Source: Squalus acanthias (taxonomy: Eukaryota). From it: DNA of 64,000 bases. The notes under the pieces were generated by a model that ran no database searches, was not told where the DNA came from, and was given only the letters and a program-made list of their open reading frames with translations. Shown one piece after another: positions 51,065-64,000 of the stretch (position 1 is the stretch's first letter; each line of letters starts with the position of its first letter). The translations under genes were made by a program, and so were the position numbers. Where the stretch lies: NCBI GenBank assembly GCA_030390025.1, contig CM059425.1, positions 171,120,001 through 171,184,000 on the forward strand. Reading direction: 5' to 3'.

Positions 51065-52204
51065 GCCCCTCACAATCACTTCAAAACTGCTGATGTGGAG
51101 GGCTTAGGACAGTTTGAGGTCCTGCTTAAGATCCATTCATCTCATTAGCTTTAAGCCGATTAATAAGAATGGCCAGTTTGCCCCCTGGATATTTAAGAAG
51201 TGAAGAAGTTAGCTGAAAGATCTCAGCGGAAGGGTTTTGTGTTCGGGACAATGATAAGGTGGCTTTTTAAATCCTTCATCACTCTCATTGGGATTGTGAG
51301 TCTGCAGCCAAATGAATTGGAGCTGGTCAAATTGAGCTCTTTGTGCAATCTATTTAATTTGTTGTGTATACCTAGAGAGAAAAGTCATCTCGGAATAAGA
51401 GTTTGTGATTCATAATCTTTTCTACTTTGAATGGAAATTGTACACAGCACAAAACAACTCCTTACACAGCCTCTCAAACACCAGCCTAGCTGAACATTTT
51501 CTCCCGTGAGACAAGAATGTTTTTTTACTAGGGAGGGTACAGAATAAAATGCTGCAAAGGTAAAAGCGGGTAAAATGCATGGTCCGTGTGCACTTCAGAC
51601 CTCTCAAGATGCAGCGCCCTACTGTAAAAGGCCCGGGCGCAAGAGATGGGAGAGGGGGGGGGAACGTTGGGCGCATAAACACAATATCCGGTATGATTTA
51701 TAAAGCGACGCAAAGCTACTGGCTGCTGAGAAGCTGCAGTGAGACTGCAGTCACAGATAAGCCAAGAGTCACGGATCTCTAGATGTCTCTCCATTTTGTG
51801 GATGAACTCTCAAATTTCAGTCAGAAGAGCCAAAGCCTCACCAATACAAGACAGAACGATCTGTAAACAATGCTGCATTTGTACACTGGGATACGGAGCC
51901 CTGTTATTACAATGTATATTTTACACACTAAACATATAACTGTTCAGCATTCGACAACTACACAGCAAAATGACTCTCTCTTCAAAGCGTATAAACAACG
52001 GCACTAACATCTAACGTCTTTGGTGCAGTGAGGTTGAGGTGGGGAAGGATTTGACTTCCTCCAATAAATTAACATTAACGTCGCAGCCTTGCACTTGCTA
52101 AACCTCTTACTTCCCGCTATGGAGAAAACTCACTGTAATTGCAGCACTTTAGGTGCTTGTGAGGATTTGAGAGCCATTTACATACACAGCCCAGTAAAGA
52201 TCAC

Positions 52205-52339
52205 GTGGTAGATTTTCAACTTGCCGCCCAGGTCAGCCGCCTGGTACAGAAACGACCCCAATTTCATTGAAATCAATGATTGGTATCCGATCCGCAAACG
52301 CCAGTTTTACACCCGGGCGGCAAATTGAAAATCAACCCC
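52205..52339. mobile_element. MITE, ~135 bp, ~27-bp imperfect TIRs
   Basis: Left ggtagattttcaacttgccgcccaggt; right reverse complement ggttgattttcaatttgccgcccgggt; central palindrome tcattgaaatcaatga. Confidence 0.85.
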
Positions 52340-52389
52340 CGTCACATCTCTGGATGAGTAAAGCAGAACACAATTCTTCCATCGAAAGT

Positions 52390-52800
52390 TTTCCCCTTGT
52401 CTTTTGAACAAGCTGGCTCTGCTGGCATATGGTTCCATGGGCAGCAGCAGCCCTGTGGCACCTCTTTTCCAAGTCGTTATTTTACGTGTGTGTGAATCAA
52501 GGCACTGAGTATCGGTAGGCATTTCCACCATGGAGGTGACTGCATTCAAGCTTGATTCGTTTCTGATGGATCGGATATCCACACATGCACTTTCCAGAAG
52601 GATACACTGCATGGAGATCTGAACCCCAGAGCTGATTTTGACTCTCCTTCACCTAAACGGCACTAAAGCCAACTCATTCCAACTATTGCCAAGCTGAGAT
52701 CAGCAAATTAACTGCAGACTGGAGACTGAGCCTGCGACCTTCCTGGTCTGAGGGACTCAGGACCATGCAGTGCACCTATCCAGTAAGCACTCTGAGGAGC
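52390..52800 (-). mobile_element. SINE-like family B, near full-length degraded copy
   Basis: Plus strand ggttccatggg...tccacacatgcactttccag...gctgagatcagcaaatt...cagactggagactgagcctgcgaccttcctggtctg is the reverse of the family B blocks. Confidence 0.7.
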
Positions 52801-55800
52801 TTAGGCTGCGATGGCCTTCACAGTTGAATAACTGCAACTGTACTGAATTATTTCCAGGAACTATTAAGCTACCCCTGTTAAAAACAGCTTGAGATTTGTG
52901 CCAGCCATTGATGGCAGCCTGATGAGACTCTCCAAACTCAGATGGCCAAAGCCTTTATTCCAAACCCTGATTGCCGCAAATCCCTCCGCAACCTTTACAC
53001 TTGCCCGCTGGTTGTGACTCAGTTGCAAATTCACATCAAATGCAAATTTGCAGCGGTAGATAAATGAGGTCTTATGAAAGAAAATGTCCGAGATCAATCG
53101 GAATTAGTGGTGACTTATTAAATCCTAGCATAGAAACCACTTTAAATCAAGTTAGCTCATGTTGCAACAGAGGCGCTGTAAATTTGTTCAAAATAAAACT
53201 GTTTATCCTTAGATACAATTGGCAATTCTACTACCAGCTCAATCTTACTTATTAGTAATTACACAAAATCAAGAGTCAATTGACACCAGGGATGCAGCAC
53301 TTAATCATCAGTGGTTGAGGCATACCTCGCACCAGAAGCCATGAAAAGAAGTACTTATAAGTTGCACCGGCAACCACATTCTTAATGAATTAACAGAATA
53401 TCTACCCTCTTATTTTTCAAAACGCAGAAACCAACAGGAAAGGCTGAGGCCCATAAAGCAATAAATTGGAAGGTGGGGGAAATCAGGAAGCAGTGATTAT
53501 GTGAGAACGGGCTTAGGTTTTAAAAGCCACGGTGGAAGGGAGGTTTACCAAAGTAAGGAGCGCCACAGTTTCAAAGTCCAGAAGAACGGGTTCGAGTAGG
53601 AAGATGTGCAATGAGTTTTGAATTTTGAGGAGGTAGGGAAGAGGAAACGTGTGTAGGAAAGCACCTTTGAAGCTACGGAGGAACAAAAGAGGAAATTTCA
53701 CAGGAGTCCTGACCATTGTAATGTTGCTAAACTAGAGGGAGACGTTGAAGGTGAGTTATGGGTTTTTTGTGCTCATGATAGAACTACCAGCATTTACCGC
53801 CATCATTAAGACTGCCTTGATTTCTACATACAGAGATTGTTTGTACAGGAAGCAAATCACATCTGGACAAAAGTACACTGCAAACAAGTTGAGCAAGATA
53901 AGTTTAAGGAGGCATGAACAAGCATATCAAAATAATTAAATTGTTTACTGTGCAATAATTACATGAGTAGTCAACACGCCAGGACAAAGGAGCATTGAAC
54001 AGCCAAGTATCAACAATATTACCAACAACTGAGGTTAACACCTCTGCTATATGGAATTCGATCTATTTACAGTGCTGCTAAATATATTTATGCTGTGGTG
54101 AATTCTTTAGCTGGACAGCAAAAAGCAAAGAGAATTTGCTTGTAATCCCGTAATGTAAGCAGCATTGGACATTTATGCGTTCATCAAATATATATTTTGC
54201 TGGCGTAGGAAATGAAATTTTTGTTGTCATTACACAGCCTTGGTGTGATGGCATTGATCCTGGCTGGCCATGACACCGCCTTATCTTGCTGAGTGCTGCA
54301 CAAAAAGATCAAACAGATACAGAAGGATTTCAAAACTAACGAGACAAGAATCTCAATGGCCCCAGAGCCATTTCTTCCTCCATCTTTTGATTTTAGCGTA
54401 ATTTGTACTAAGTCAGGAGTGCAGGAGGAGGTGGGGTGAGGCGAGAGCACGTATCCCAATCTTACCCATACTCTTTGAGGACAGTTTCCTGGCATTAAAC
54501 ACAGACCATGGTAGCACACAAGAGCACCAGAAGTGCATGCAAATCACAAATGCCCACAGCAACATCGTCAATCACTTTGTAACTGCCACCGTGATGCATC
54601 AAACCACAATTTTCTGTGGAATTCTGCATGGTACATCTTAACATTACAGCAACTACAGAATAATAACGGCAAAGTCCTGTTGCACCCAAATCATGTGCAC
54701 AATTTGCAGGAAATTATTTTTGCGGCTGTTGTATATAGTATGCATATTGAAAGCTGAAGGATAGCTAAAGATCTCTTAAAGAGCTGCCACACACTTGTTC
54801 ACATCCCCTTAAATTAAGTGTTACCTAATAGGTCTGCTCACTAAATACGTCTAGCCAGCTCCAATCCAACACGGCCCTCGTATTTTGTCTAGACTCGCCA
54901 TTTGCGGAGTCCGTTCAGCTAACTCTTGGGTACAAACCCTCATGTGGTTTACTCATATCCAGCTTCAAATAGAATAATGATTAACTTAATCAGCTTGTGC
55001 TAGCAAGCCCACCAAACACTAACACACTGCAACTCGCAGGGCACTGGGAAGACGGTTTTAAATTAGTATCCACCACAGATTATTGTGCTTTTCCCTAGAA
55101 TCAACAGCAGAGTTGGCCGTTTCCCCTGGCATGCTGAGTGAATGCTTTGATTTACACCTCACTTAAATCTGCCCACCAGACCACTTCCAAAATTACAGTT
55201 AAGCTAAATAATTCTCAGTGCACCCAGCCTCAATTTGAGTGTCAAATTAGTTGCAAATTCACAACCAATGTAATTCGGAGCTCCGAGGTAAATGGGTAAT
55301 GGATGCATCGCAAGCACATTCCACAAACTTCTCCATTCACTTTGCACTGGTATAAACTAGCCCAAGACACTTTTGAATTTGTGGTCTCTGAACTGACAGA
55401 AAGGGTTAAACTGAACTGAATCTATCTGTACAGGCTGAATATACTATGTGTTTAGACCCTGCCCAATGACACACAAAGGGCAAGATGTTAAGTGAGTCAA
55501 TTAGCTCCCTCCATTTACAAATCCAGCCTCTCCATGAGGGCAGACAGTGTTTTTCACTTAGCTCTGTGGAAGTTTCTGTAATTCAGCACATGTCAGTGCC
55601 CTTTGTGGATTTTACTTTCCTTCACATTAAGTACTTACAGGTTCCAATGTGTTGCCTGTTTTAATTCCCTCCCTCCCTCCCTACCTCTTTCTATATCTTT
55701 CTTGTGCTGATTCTTAGCTTTTAACACACACATGCTCTGGTGTCAGTTATGGAGCACTGGCCCAGGGCAGAACAATAGCAGCCTTTTAATTTGGTGGTTC

Positions 55801-56679
55801 CCGCTTTCAGAGTGGTCAAAGCTCCGAGACACAGTCAATATTTACTGGAGTGTGATGGTACCGTTTTATGGCTTCTTCCAAGTGGAACTCAGCAGCAGGG
55901 AGCCATGAAAGGGCCTGGGCTTCCAGAAATATCAGGCAAACAGCATTAAAACCAAAAAAGAAACCCATAAAAACCACAGGACGTGAAAGGAAATACTACC
56001 TCAGACAACAACATGCTGAAATACTGCTGCATTCCTCCCATCACCAACTCCCACACTAGAAAATCTAACTGCACTATCAAAAGAAAAATATTGAAGGAAG
56101 AAATATCCCAGCAGAAATATTGCTAACTTCATTCGCTGAACTGTCAGGAACTGTTCATGCATGTGACTCTGCCACTATAAACTAAAGTAATTTTTTCCAT
56201 TTTCTCCAATAAATCTGCTGGATTGTAATGTCAGCTGTTATAACAAATGATTATATTACACCACGCTAACAACAAGAGGCAAACCCAGTATCAAACATCA
56301 GTGGCATCTGAACAGTTTTATACTGTGGCAGCAATTGAAACCTACACTGGGCTGACTATTTGAGGAGGGGAAGAGTGTTAACGTGTTAGATTTTTTAAAA
56401 ATTATTTGATGAACATTTTTCTAAAATGCTGCAAAGGATAAACTGCGAACACATCTCGTGGATGGAGAGAGGCAAGAGACTTTTTTTTTTAAATGGCCAA
56501 ATGTTTCTAAATGCAAGTTGGAACTCAGCAGACGCAGTGAAATATCCCATTTATTTCACTGGCAAGTATACATTTTGGAAACTTAAAATTATTTCCAGAA
56601 TGCTGTCTGTGGAATACCAACTAAGTGAGAATTCATGCAACAAAATTATTGTTTTTGATTTTGTAAATTGATCTTTGTT

Positions 56680-56750
56680 GGAGATAGTAAAACAGGCAAG
56701 TCGGCAGCCAGTTTTACATCTCTCCCGATTTTTATTGCCATTGACTTCAA
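56680..56750. mobile_element. Fragment of the 25610-type MITE
   Basis: gtaaaacaggc...gtcggcagccagttttacatctctcccgattttt matches the reverse complement of the 25610-25743 interior (gtcagcagccctttgtacatctctcctgattttt). Confidence 0.55.
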
Positions 56751-59700
56751 GAACTTGTAAATAAAACAGCTTCTAAGAACTAAGATGGGCCAAATGGCCT
56801 CACTCAACTGAAAGTATCTTGTGAAGTGCTGCCTGTGGTTACTAATTCCTTACCACCAGTTAGAATAACCAATTCAGCCCCTGGCTGCTGCTGCCAATAA
56901 AGTGACTGTCAAATGCAGAAGGAGCCAAGTTTATTTTGCATGGTTAAACTAATCTCATGAATGCAAATCTGTTTCACCTTCACACACCTGAAGAAACTTT
57001 TTGTTTTGTTTGCAATGGTCTCAAACTGCTTTGTGACAGCTTCACTGAATACGAACAGGCATGTTATCTGTGGGAATGTGAGATTCTGTGCCTTCATTAC
57101 ATGTGAAGACTTGTAAATGGAATTCCCTTTTCACAGATTTACTCCTCACCTTTTATTTTTAATTTATTTCCCTCTTTACGATCCTCGCACTGTGACACAA
57201 CGGACTATTTCCTGATAGAGCGGCCGAGCAGGCCAGGGTCTACTTTTAATCCTCTGCCTATCCAATCCTGAGCCAACCAGTATACCAGAGTAGAATATTA
57301 GCTCACTCTCTGATGTCCTATATGGATCAATGTGTGACCCCTTCTACAATACAATGCATTTATACACCATCGAACTGCACCATCAGGCCACCATGGCGCC
57401 CCTTCTTAAAATATAGTGCACCTAGCATAATAAACGCTATGGTAAATTTTCACAGAGTAACCAGTCACTACCCTTTGGTCGACATTACATCCTTTGTGAG
57501 TATTGTCATCCATTGAGAACATAACCGGCACTGTCAGCCATCCCCTGCAAAATCAGCTAAAATGAGAGTATTTTACAACATTAAATTCAAAAAGCAAATA
57601 GCAGGGGAAAACTTCAGCATGGTAATGTAATCTCAGGGTCCTTACGATGGCTGTTGGCCACTCGAAGACACTAGCAAAACTCAATATGACTGCAGATTGC
57701 AGCGTGCTCCTTTGTTCAATGACTTACTTCCTGGTGCTCGCTCACCATTTCATCATGGCAACAGAAGTCACCCGCAGTTTGCTATCACCTGCGAGTGATA
57801 CTACACCGTTCCCAAGTTACAAAATTATAATATTTACACTGGAGCAATCTGTGTTGTTGCAACTCTTGAGAGCAATTTGATAAACTCACAAGAGTGTGCA
57901 TTCCGATTAACATCCTGTGAATTAGCAACAAATGTAACACTTAAAAGAGTCCAGTTTTCAGGGAGCGACCATCTGTACTGTTTTAAGTGTGTGACGAGCA
58001 GTAATCTTCCTTTCAGTTCTCACGTTAATCCGCACCTAGCCATTCTCTCGCACTTAATCAGAGTGATTATTTATTGGTTTAGAGGGGTATTACTTTCAAT
58101 CACACATATGAGGCAACAGCTAAGCTGTTCATAAGCTTATCAAGAGCCAATTCCAACCAGTGCAAAGGGAGCCTGCAATGTTTCGTCCTGATGTTCTCTG
58201 AAACCACACAAGTCTCTCCAGCAGCATCCATTTTGAAAGTAGCCACTCACATATAGAGTTACCTCAGCCAGCTCTGAACAGGAGTGCACCTCAAAGGTCA
58301 TTCTATGCAACTACTCTGAGACTGTGCTGATAAAATGCAGTGACTGAAAGCAGGGACAGCAGCTCCATCCTTCATTTCACATATGTCATATATCTTTTTA
58401 AAATCATATTCTCAATTTTTCTAGATATCACTCTAATTATACAAATGCACTTTAAATGATTGCTCAATTTCAATTTAAATGCCTTAAACCCTCCTTTCTC
58501 TTGCCCTCCCCCCCCCCCCCTCACTTTTGACTCCATGCCATTCCTTTCTTTGTCTTTCCCCCATGTCATCAAAAAGAAACCCTCCGGTCTCCTCTGGGAC
58601 TTGACCCGTGGAGATATGGAGCTAAGCTGCTGAGCCTCTGCAATCGCCATTCTCCTTCACAACACACAGCACTCTTATTGTGCTGCTCTGGGCAACGCAT
58701 GAGGAGGCACCTGTTCGCTTAGAAAGAGGAAATGCAATGTCCATGAGTTAAAGAGTTCTGAAATCTCATAAAACAAACTATATCCACAATTCAATGAAAG
58801 AGACAACCCACTGTTGAACATACTCGGTATTAAGACCAAAGTGAGCTGGTCAAGTATAAACTCACCTTGCTGCTAATCATATAACGCACTCAAACTGATG
58901 ATTCTGCCCATTTTTACAATACAGTACCTTGAAACATACAATAAAAATCTTACTTCTCAGGATGCAATACATATTTGCGTAATTTGCGTGCTGAACTAAA
59001 TTAGGAGTGATAGGATTGCCTGTGATCAATACAAAATGGTCATTCCGGACAGGTCAGGAAATGTCCACGTACTGTTTGAGGTTTTAATTAATAGCACGAT
59101 GTTTTTGTGTGGGACCGCTATCTTTATTCTGAGTTTTATCTTCTTTACTTTACCAATATGCAAGGCTGGTATCGGTTGTTCGGTACGCTCCCTATTTACT
59201 TTGCCGAAGTGTAGGGCCAGTTCCTGTGTGAACCAGATTTATTTCAGCTAATGAACACCCAAGAACTATCCTCTGTGTAATCCACAGCACTTTTGAGCAA
59301 AACCCTACAAACATTAAACAGAGTAAAGAGGGGAAACCAGACTGAAGGCTGGGGGGGGGCAGCGGGGGGAGGGAGGGGTTGTAAGATAAATCTTTGGGAG
59401 CGGAAAAGAGGGAGGGATGGAGACCTGAAAAAAAAAACAAGCAACGACACTTCCTTTAAAGCAGGCCTCCTTGTCATAAACAGTCATCAGTAAAACACAT
59501 ACTTTGTCATGTTTTTTCCCAAATGACAAGTTTAACAATAGTGACAGCCATGTGTGTAATTAGTTTTTATTGTTCCCCTGACAGTCATTGCTCAAAGCAG
59601 GACCCTTGTCTTTTCTGTTTTAAATATTATGGAAAATACTCCACTGACAAGTATTTAATTACTACGTAGTTCTAAAAGGCAGTGCTGACAGGCCATGATG

Positions 59701-59790
59701 GGTGCCAAGGAAAGACTGACTGCCACAATCTTTTTAGAAATAGGGAGACTGGGCAGGAAAGCTGTTCTTGTTTTTCAACCGAGGCACATT

Positions 59791-60440
59791 CAACAACACC
59801 TTGCATTTACATAGCACCTGTCGTATAGAAAAATGTCCCAATGCACTTCATAGAATCGCATGGAAAAAATGGAGGTCAAACCAAAGAAAGAGATATTAGG
59901 AGGGGGGTGAAAGAGGTGGGTTTTAAGGAGGGTCAAAGGAGGAGAGATAGGTGGCAAGGCGGAGAAGTTCAGGGAGGGAATTGTAGAGCATGGAGCTCAG
60001 GCGGTTGAAGGCACGGCCATCAATGGTATGGTGAAGGGAGAGGGGGGGGGGGAAAGCACAAAAAGCCAGAGTCAGAGGTACGGCAGTTCAAGCAGGGGGC
60101 TACAGAGATAAGGAGGGTGCGATGAAGGATAATGCACCACCATCACAGTAACAGAAAATGTTGCTTGTGACTTTGGTTAGGGCCATTTCAATGCTGTGGG
60201 AAGGACAGAATTATAATTGGAGGGGTTCTAATAGGTAGTTGCAGGAAACATGGGCAAAGATTTGGGAGGCAACAATGCGTTCATTGACTTTGGAGAGGAA
60301 GAGGTTGGAGACAGAGCGATACTTTACAAGGACAGAAGGGCCGAGGATAGTTTTTTTTAAGGGGGGGGGGGGGGGGTTCATGACAGCAGTTTTGAAAGGA
60401 GAGGAGACACTGCTCAAGAAGAAGGACCATTTACAATGCC
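59791..60440 (-). mobile_element. L2-clade LINE 3' fragment, degraded and internally deleted
   Basis: Begins caacaacaccttgcatttacatagcacc (reverse of the tail) and includes aaagaggtgggttttaaggagggtc, the reverse of the block in the 31100-31325 copy. Purine-rich throughout; no intact ORF. Confidence 0.75.
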
Positions 60441-63400
60441 AGTTAGCACTTCCCGTTCTGCTGACCTGCCTGGGTCCTAATTAGGTTGCAATATTTATTT
60501 GGGTTATCTACCAGCTGGATGCATGTGTATCTGATGCTTGGAAAAGTAGCCTGGGACTGCCAGAACCTACTGTGCAAGTAACTGTGATGTAAAAGGATGG
60601 CTGTTACTGGGGAGGGTTTTTTCTCCCTCTAGTGTATTAATTTATTTTCTTTAAGTAAAGCAACTTACTACTGACCCGAATAAGTGTATGTTCCTTTTTT
60701 CACATCTGCACTGAATTGTAATTGCTTCACTGGGAAAATGCAATTATTATTAGCAAAACTAATGAGGGGGAAAAAAACAAAGACATATAAAGTAGCTTAA
60801 AAGCTACTTGTATCAAAGGTTCAGGTAAAGGAGCTTGGAAATAGAGCAGGGTAGTTAATTTGGAATTAGACATAAAAAACTGAAAGCCCTGTCCTTACCC
60901 AACATTTCAAATTCTTGATTTTTTTTTTAGGAAACACTAGGCGCATATATGCGAAAGGCTTCATTTTGACTGTTTCACATCTAATCTTTGTAGAAAAGCA
61001 AGATAAGAAAGCGGCAATGCTTCTTAAGAGGGCCGCTCCTGACACTGTACTGCACAGGGCAGGAAATTTGTTGACGAAATCAAAAGATTGCAGAAATGTT
61101 TGCTCAATCGGATTATAGCAAAGCGCTTGCACGTAGAGGAGCGCAAACACAAGGCAAAGGGATTTTGTTTACTAAAGTATCATTTTTCATTATTATATGG
61201 ACTCTGTTACTTGTGTTATTTTCTTGATGCAGAATAAATGAAATGTTTTCCTTCTCGCACAGAGACACATGAAGGGAGAGTTAATGGTGCTTCGATACAA
61301 CTATTTCTTGTCTATTGTTTGTACTGTTTCATATTGCATATGAAGGCAAACTGATGAATATAGCTGGCTTTTTGTTACTTGAAAAACTTATGTTTACAAG
61401 CATAACAACTGCAATGTGATGTGTGAACTCCCATGAAAATGAGCACATCATGAAGCTGCTTAGTTTGTAATGGCATCACTACAGAAGAAATTGATAGAAT
61501 GGTTACAGCACGGAAGGCTGGCCCGTTGACCCCGTGCCGGCAAATTATACCCAAAAAATTTGGCTTTAAATTTAATAGGTGCCCAACACACACGCACAGC
61601 AATCAGTTAACAGAAATTACAGGGATCTAGTTGTTTTACTTATTTTAAATAAGAGAAACAATAGCTTACATTTTGCCCAAGTTTCTGGTGCAAGAATTTC
61701 TACCGTAATAAGATATTTATCGTGTGTACACGACTGTACCTGTGTTCATGTGTCTGTCAATGGATCTCTTGATTCCCCTTTTTTCTCTCCTAATTTTCTC
61801 TCTCATCTCTCACACAGTGAGCCCAGGACTCCTGAAGGACTAATTGCATTCATTCATTTACTCTGCACAGCATGGTATTGTTAGATTACCAGATCCATAG
61901 CAACAGGATAGGAGAAAAGACTCATCTTTAGCTGCACCTCACCAACAGGAAACATAGCATCTGGGCGGGTTGGAATGCAACCCCTTCATTAAGGTATTTG
62001 CAGTTTTGAATGGGAAGAATTTTTCCCTTTTTTAGAGAGAGGGGTAATTAACCTCTAATAAGTTGCCTGTCAGTACCTTCCCTCTGGAGGCAGCAGCCTG
62101 TGAAACCCTTACTCGGTCCTGGTTTCTCTCGAGCTCACACAAAGGGACCACATTGAAAGAGCTGGGTTTCCTGCTGTAACAGTGACTGGATACAGTGATG
62201 CTATTAACTTTCACTAAGCACCATATAATGAACTGCAAAACCTCTTTCTGTTGAATTTTACAACCAAAACCAGGACACATTTATGAGCAGCAGCAGTTCC
62301 CCCACCCCCTGTAAGCGGAGAAAGTAAGTAGTAAAGTCAAACTTTCCCTTGCAAATAAAATACTGGCCCCCACTGACTCTTAATAATCGGCATTAACCCT
62401 TCAGGCATGGACTGATTTACATCTACAGAACTGCATTGTGCACTCTCTGATTCCTTTGCTCATCAATGCATTCATTTTTCAATTCATATTTTTTAAAGGT
62501 TCTGCTACAGAAATATAGAAGTGGAATAGACAAAGACAACAATGAATAGCAAAACAGAATTTGTTTCATAGTGGGTGCTGAAGGAATACTGCATTCAAAA
62601 ATGATTATACGTTCAGTCACAAAGAGCTTGAGTTCTTATCTTCAAAGCAGTAGTGTTATTAAATTCATCTTGTCTGAACTGTTGCATTAAATTTAATAAA
62701 TTGTGTTTTTCTTTTCAGACATCATAATTGTTTTAAAATCTACAGCGATACATACATATAGCAAAACCCTTAATCTTATCATATTTCGCAGAAAAAAGCT
62801 ACAATCGTTTGTTTTTTTTTTAAAAGCCACATTGTGGTTTTCCCATAACTTTCACTCATCTGCAAATAGAACTACGGCAATAAAAATGGAAGATTTACAG
62901 GCGTTACAAGGTCAGCGACTATAACTGACAAAGTCACGATCATGCAGCCACTGTCTGCCATTGGGGGCATGTCAGGGAATGTGGAGCAAAGTGACAGGAT
63001 GCACTAAAATGCAATGGCGCTTACTCTGCCACACAGATGACATTTGGATTTGCAACATGCAATTTTACTGATCGTGAATTCCAGCGCCATTTTTCACCCT
63101 TTTTTAACAAGGGAACATTTGCGCCGAGATTTCAATTAGTTCTCTGCCTCAATATAAAGTTCTTACATTATTGCTTACATTACAATTGAAATTTAATCTT
63201 GCCAGTTTTCTGGAAGAGGGGTTAAACTACCGTATTATCCCAGCAACCCAGAGAATTTGAGTCCCGACTAAAATGGGCTTTAACCGCTTTTCCATTGTTT
63301 CAACATTGCTCACAATTGGCAAGACTGAAAGCTATAACAGGCGGCCATGGGTTTTATGTCTTATAATCTATCAGCACAGTGCAATATCACATACAATTTA

Positions 63401-64000
63401 AATCTATATGAACAGCTTTAAACAGAGTCCCACATGGTTACTTTATACAGTTACTTGAAATGCCACAAGGTAATTCTAACTCGTAAAAGATGGTAACATA
63501 TTTTGTCACTGCGGGTGTCATTTTCTTTGATAAAACTTATTGTTAAAACCTATGGGATATCAAATAACTGTAATAAGTGCAACAAAAGTTGGCTGAATTG
63601 AATTTTTTTTATTATTCCCAATTCATCATATTTAGACCCAGAAAGGAGATACTGTGTCTTCAATCATATCAGCCCGGGTGAGGAAATTTTCCCAATAGCT
63701 TAAAATCCAATTTGTAGGCTGCAAACAGGTTTTGCCTGACAGTGTAGTAAATGCATAAAAAAACATGCCCTGTGACCCAAATCCGTTTGTTCATCTCAGC
63801 TCAAACTGGGACATCACCTCTGTGCTAGAAAAAAGAGATACACAAGACAAGGGAGAAAGAATGTTGCAAAGGAGAGAACATACAAAGTGGGATACATACA
63901 GGGAGACATAGATAGAGACAATGACAAACACACAAATATATAAAGAATGGCACCAAGAGAGAATGCGCAATGGAGAATACAGAATCAAAGAAAAAGATTA

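Noticed and set aside
60790-60809. Palindrome aagtagctt-aa-aagctactt
   Set aside because: 9-bp arms in AT-rich DNA are near chance expectation in 64 kb, and there is no supporting context.
1022-63988. Six-frame ORFs as protein-coding genes
   Set aside because: All are 166 aa or less, many start at non-ATG codons, composition looks like random AT-rich DNA, no domain is recognisable, and many overlap SINE or LINE relics.

Overview
AT-rich, CpG-depleted vertebrate genomic DNA. The repeat families point to a cartilaginous fish (shark); this rests on my recall of those families, not a search. I recognise no protein-coding gene: the ORFs in the track are short (166 aa or less), unrecognisable, and often sit inside repeats. 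The window reads as a large intron or gene desert. It contains: (i) six copies or fragments of a tRNA-headed Deu-domain SINE (SacSINE1-like) whose 3' tail matches L2-type LINE ends in the window; (ii) a second SINE-like family and several LF-SINE-like relics; (iii) CR1 and L2 LINE fragments; (iv) short MITE-like elements with GGGGTAGAT-type termini; (v) three Penelope-like terminal-repeat derivatives, one with an apparently intact minimal type I hammerhead ribozyme flanked by an 11-bp target-site duplication (TSD); (vi) a 19-copy 37-bp minisatellite inside an older, SINE-interrupted array; (vii) a 220-bp long-arm hairpin; (viii) a ~160-bp local duplication dated by a SINE insertion; (ix) repeat-free blocks dense in Pbx-Hox/Meis-type motifs (candidate enhancers) and a few candidate minus-strand exons. 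There is no CRISPR array or prokaryote-type system. The best leads are the ribozyme-bearing mini-retroelements and the long hairpin.
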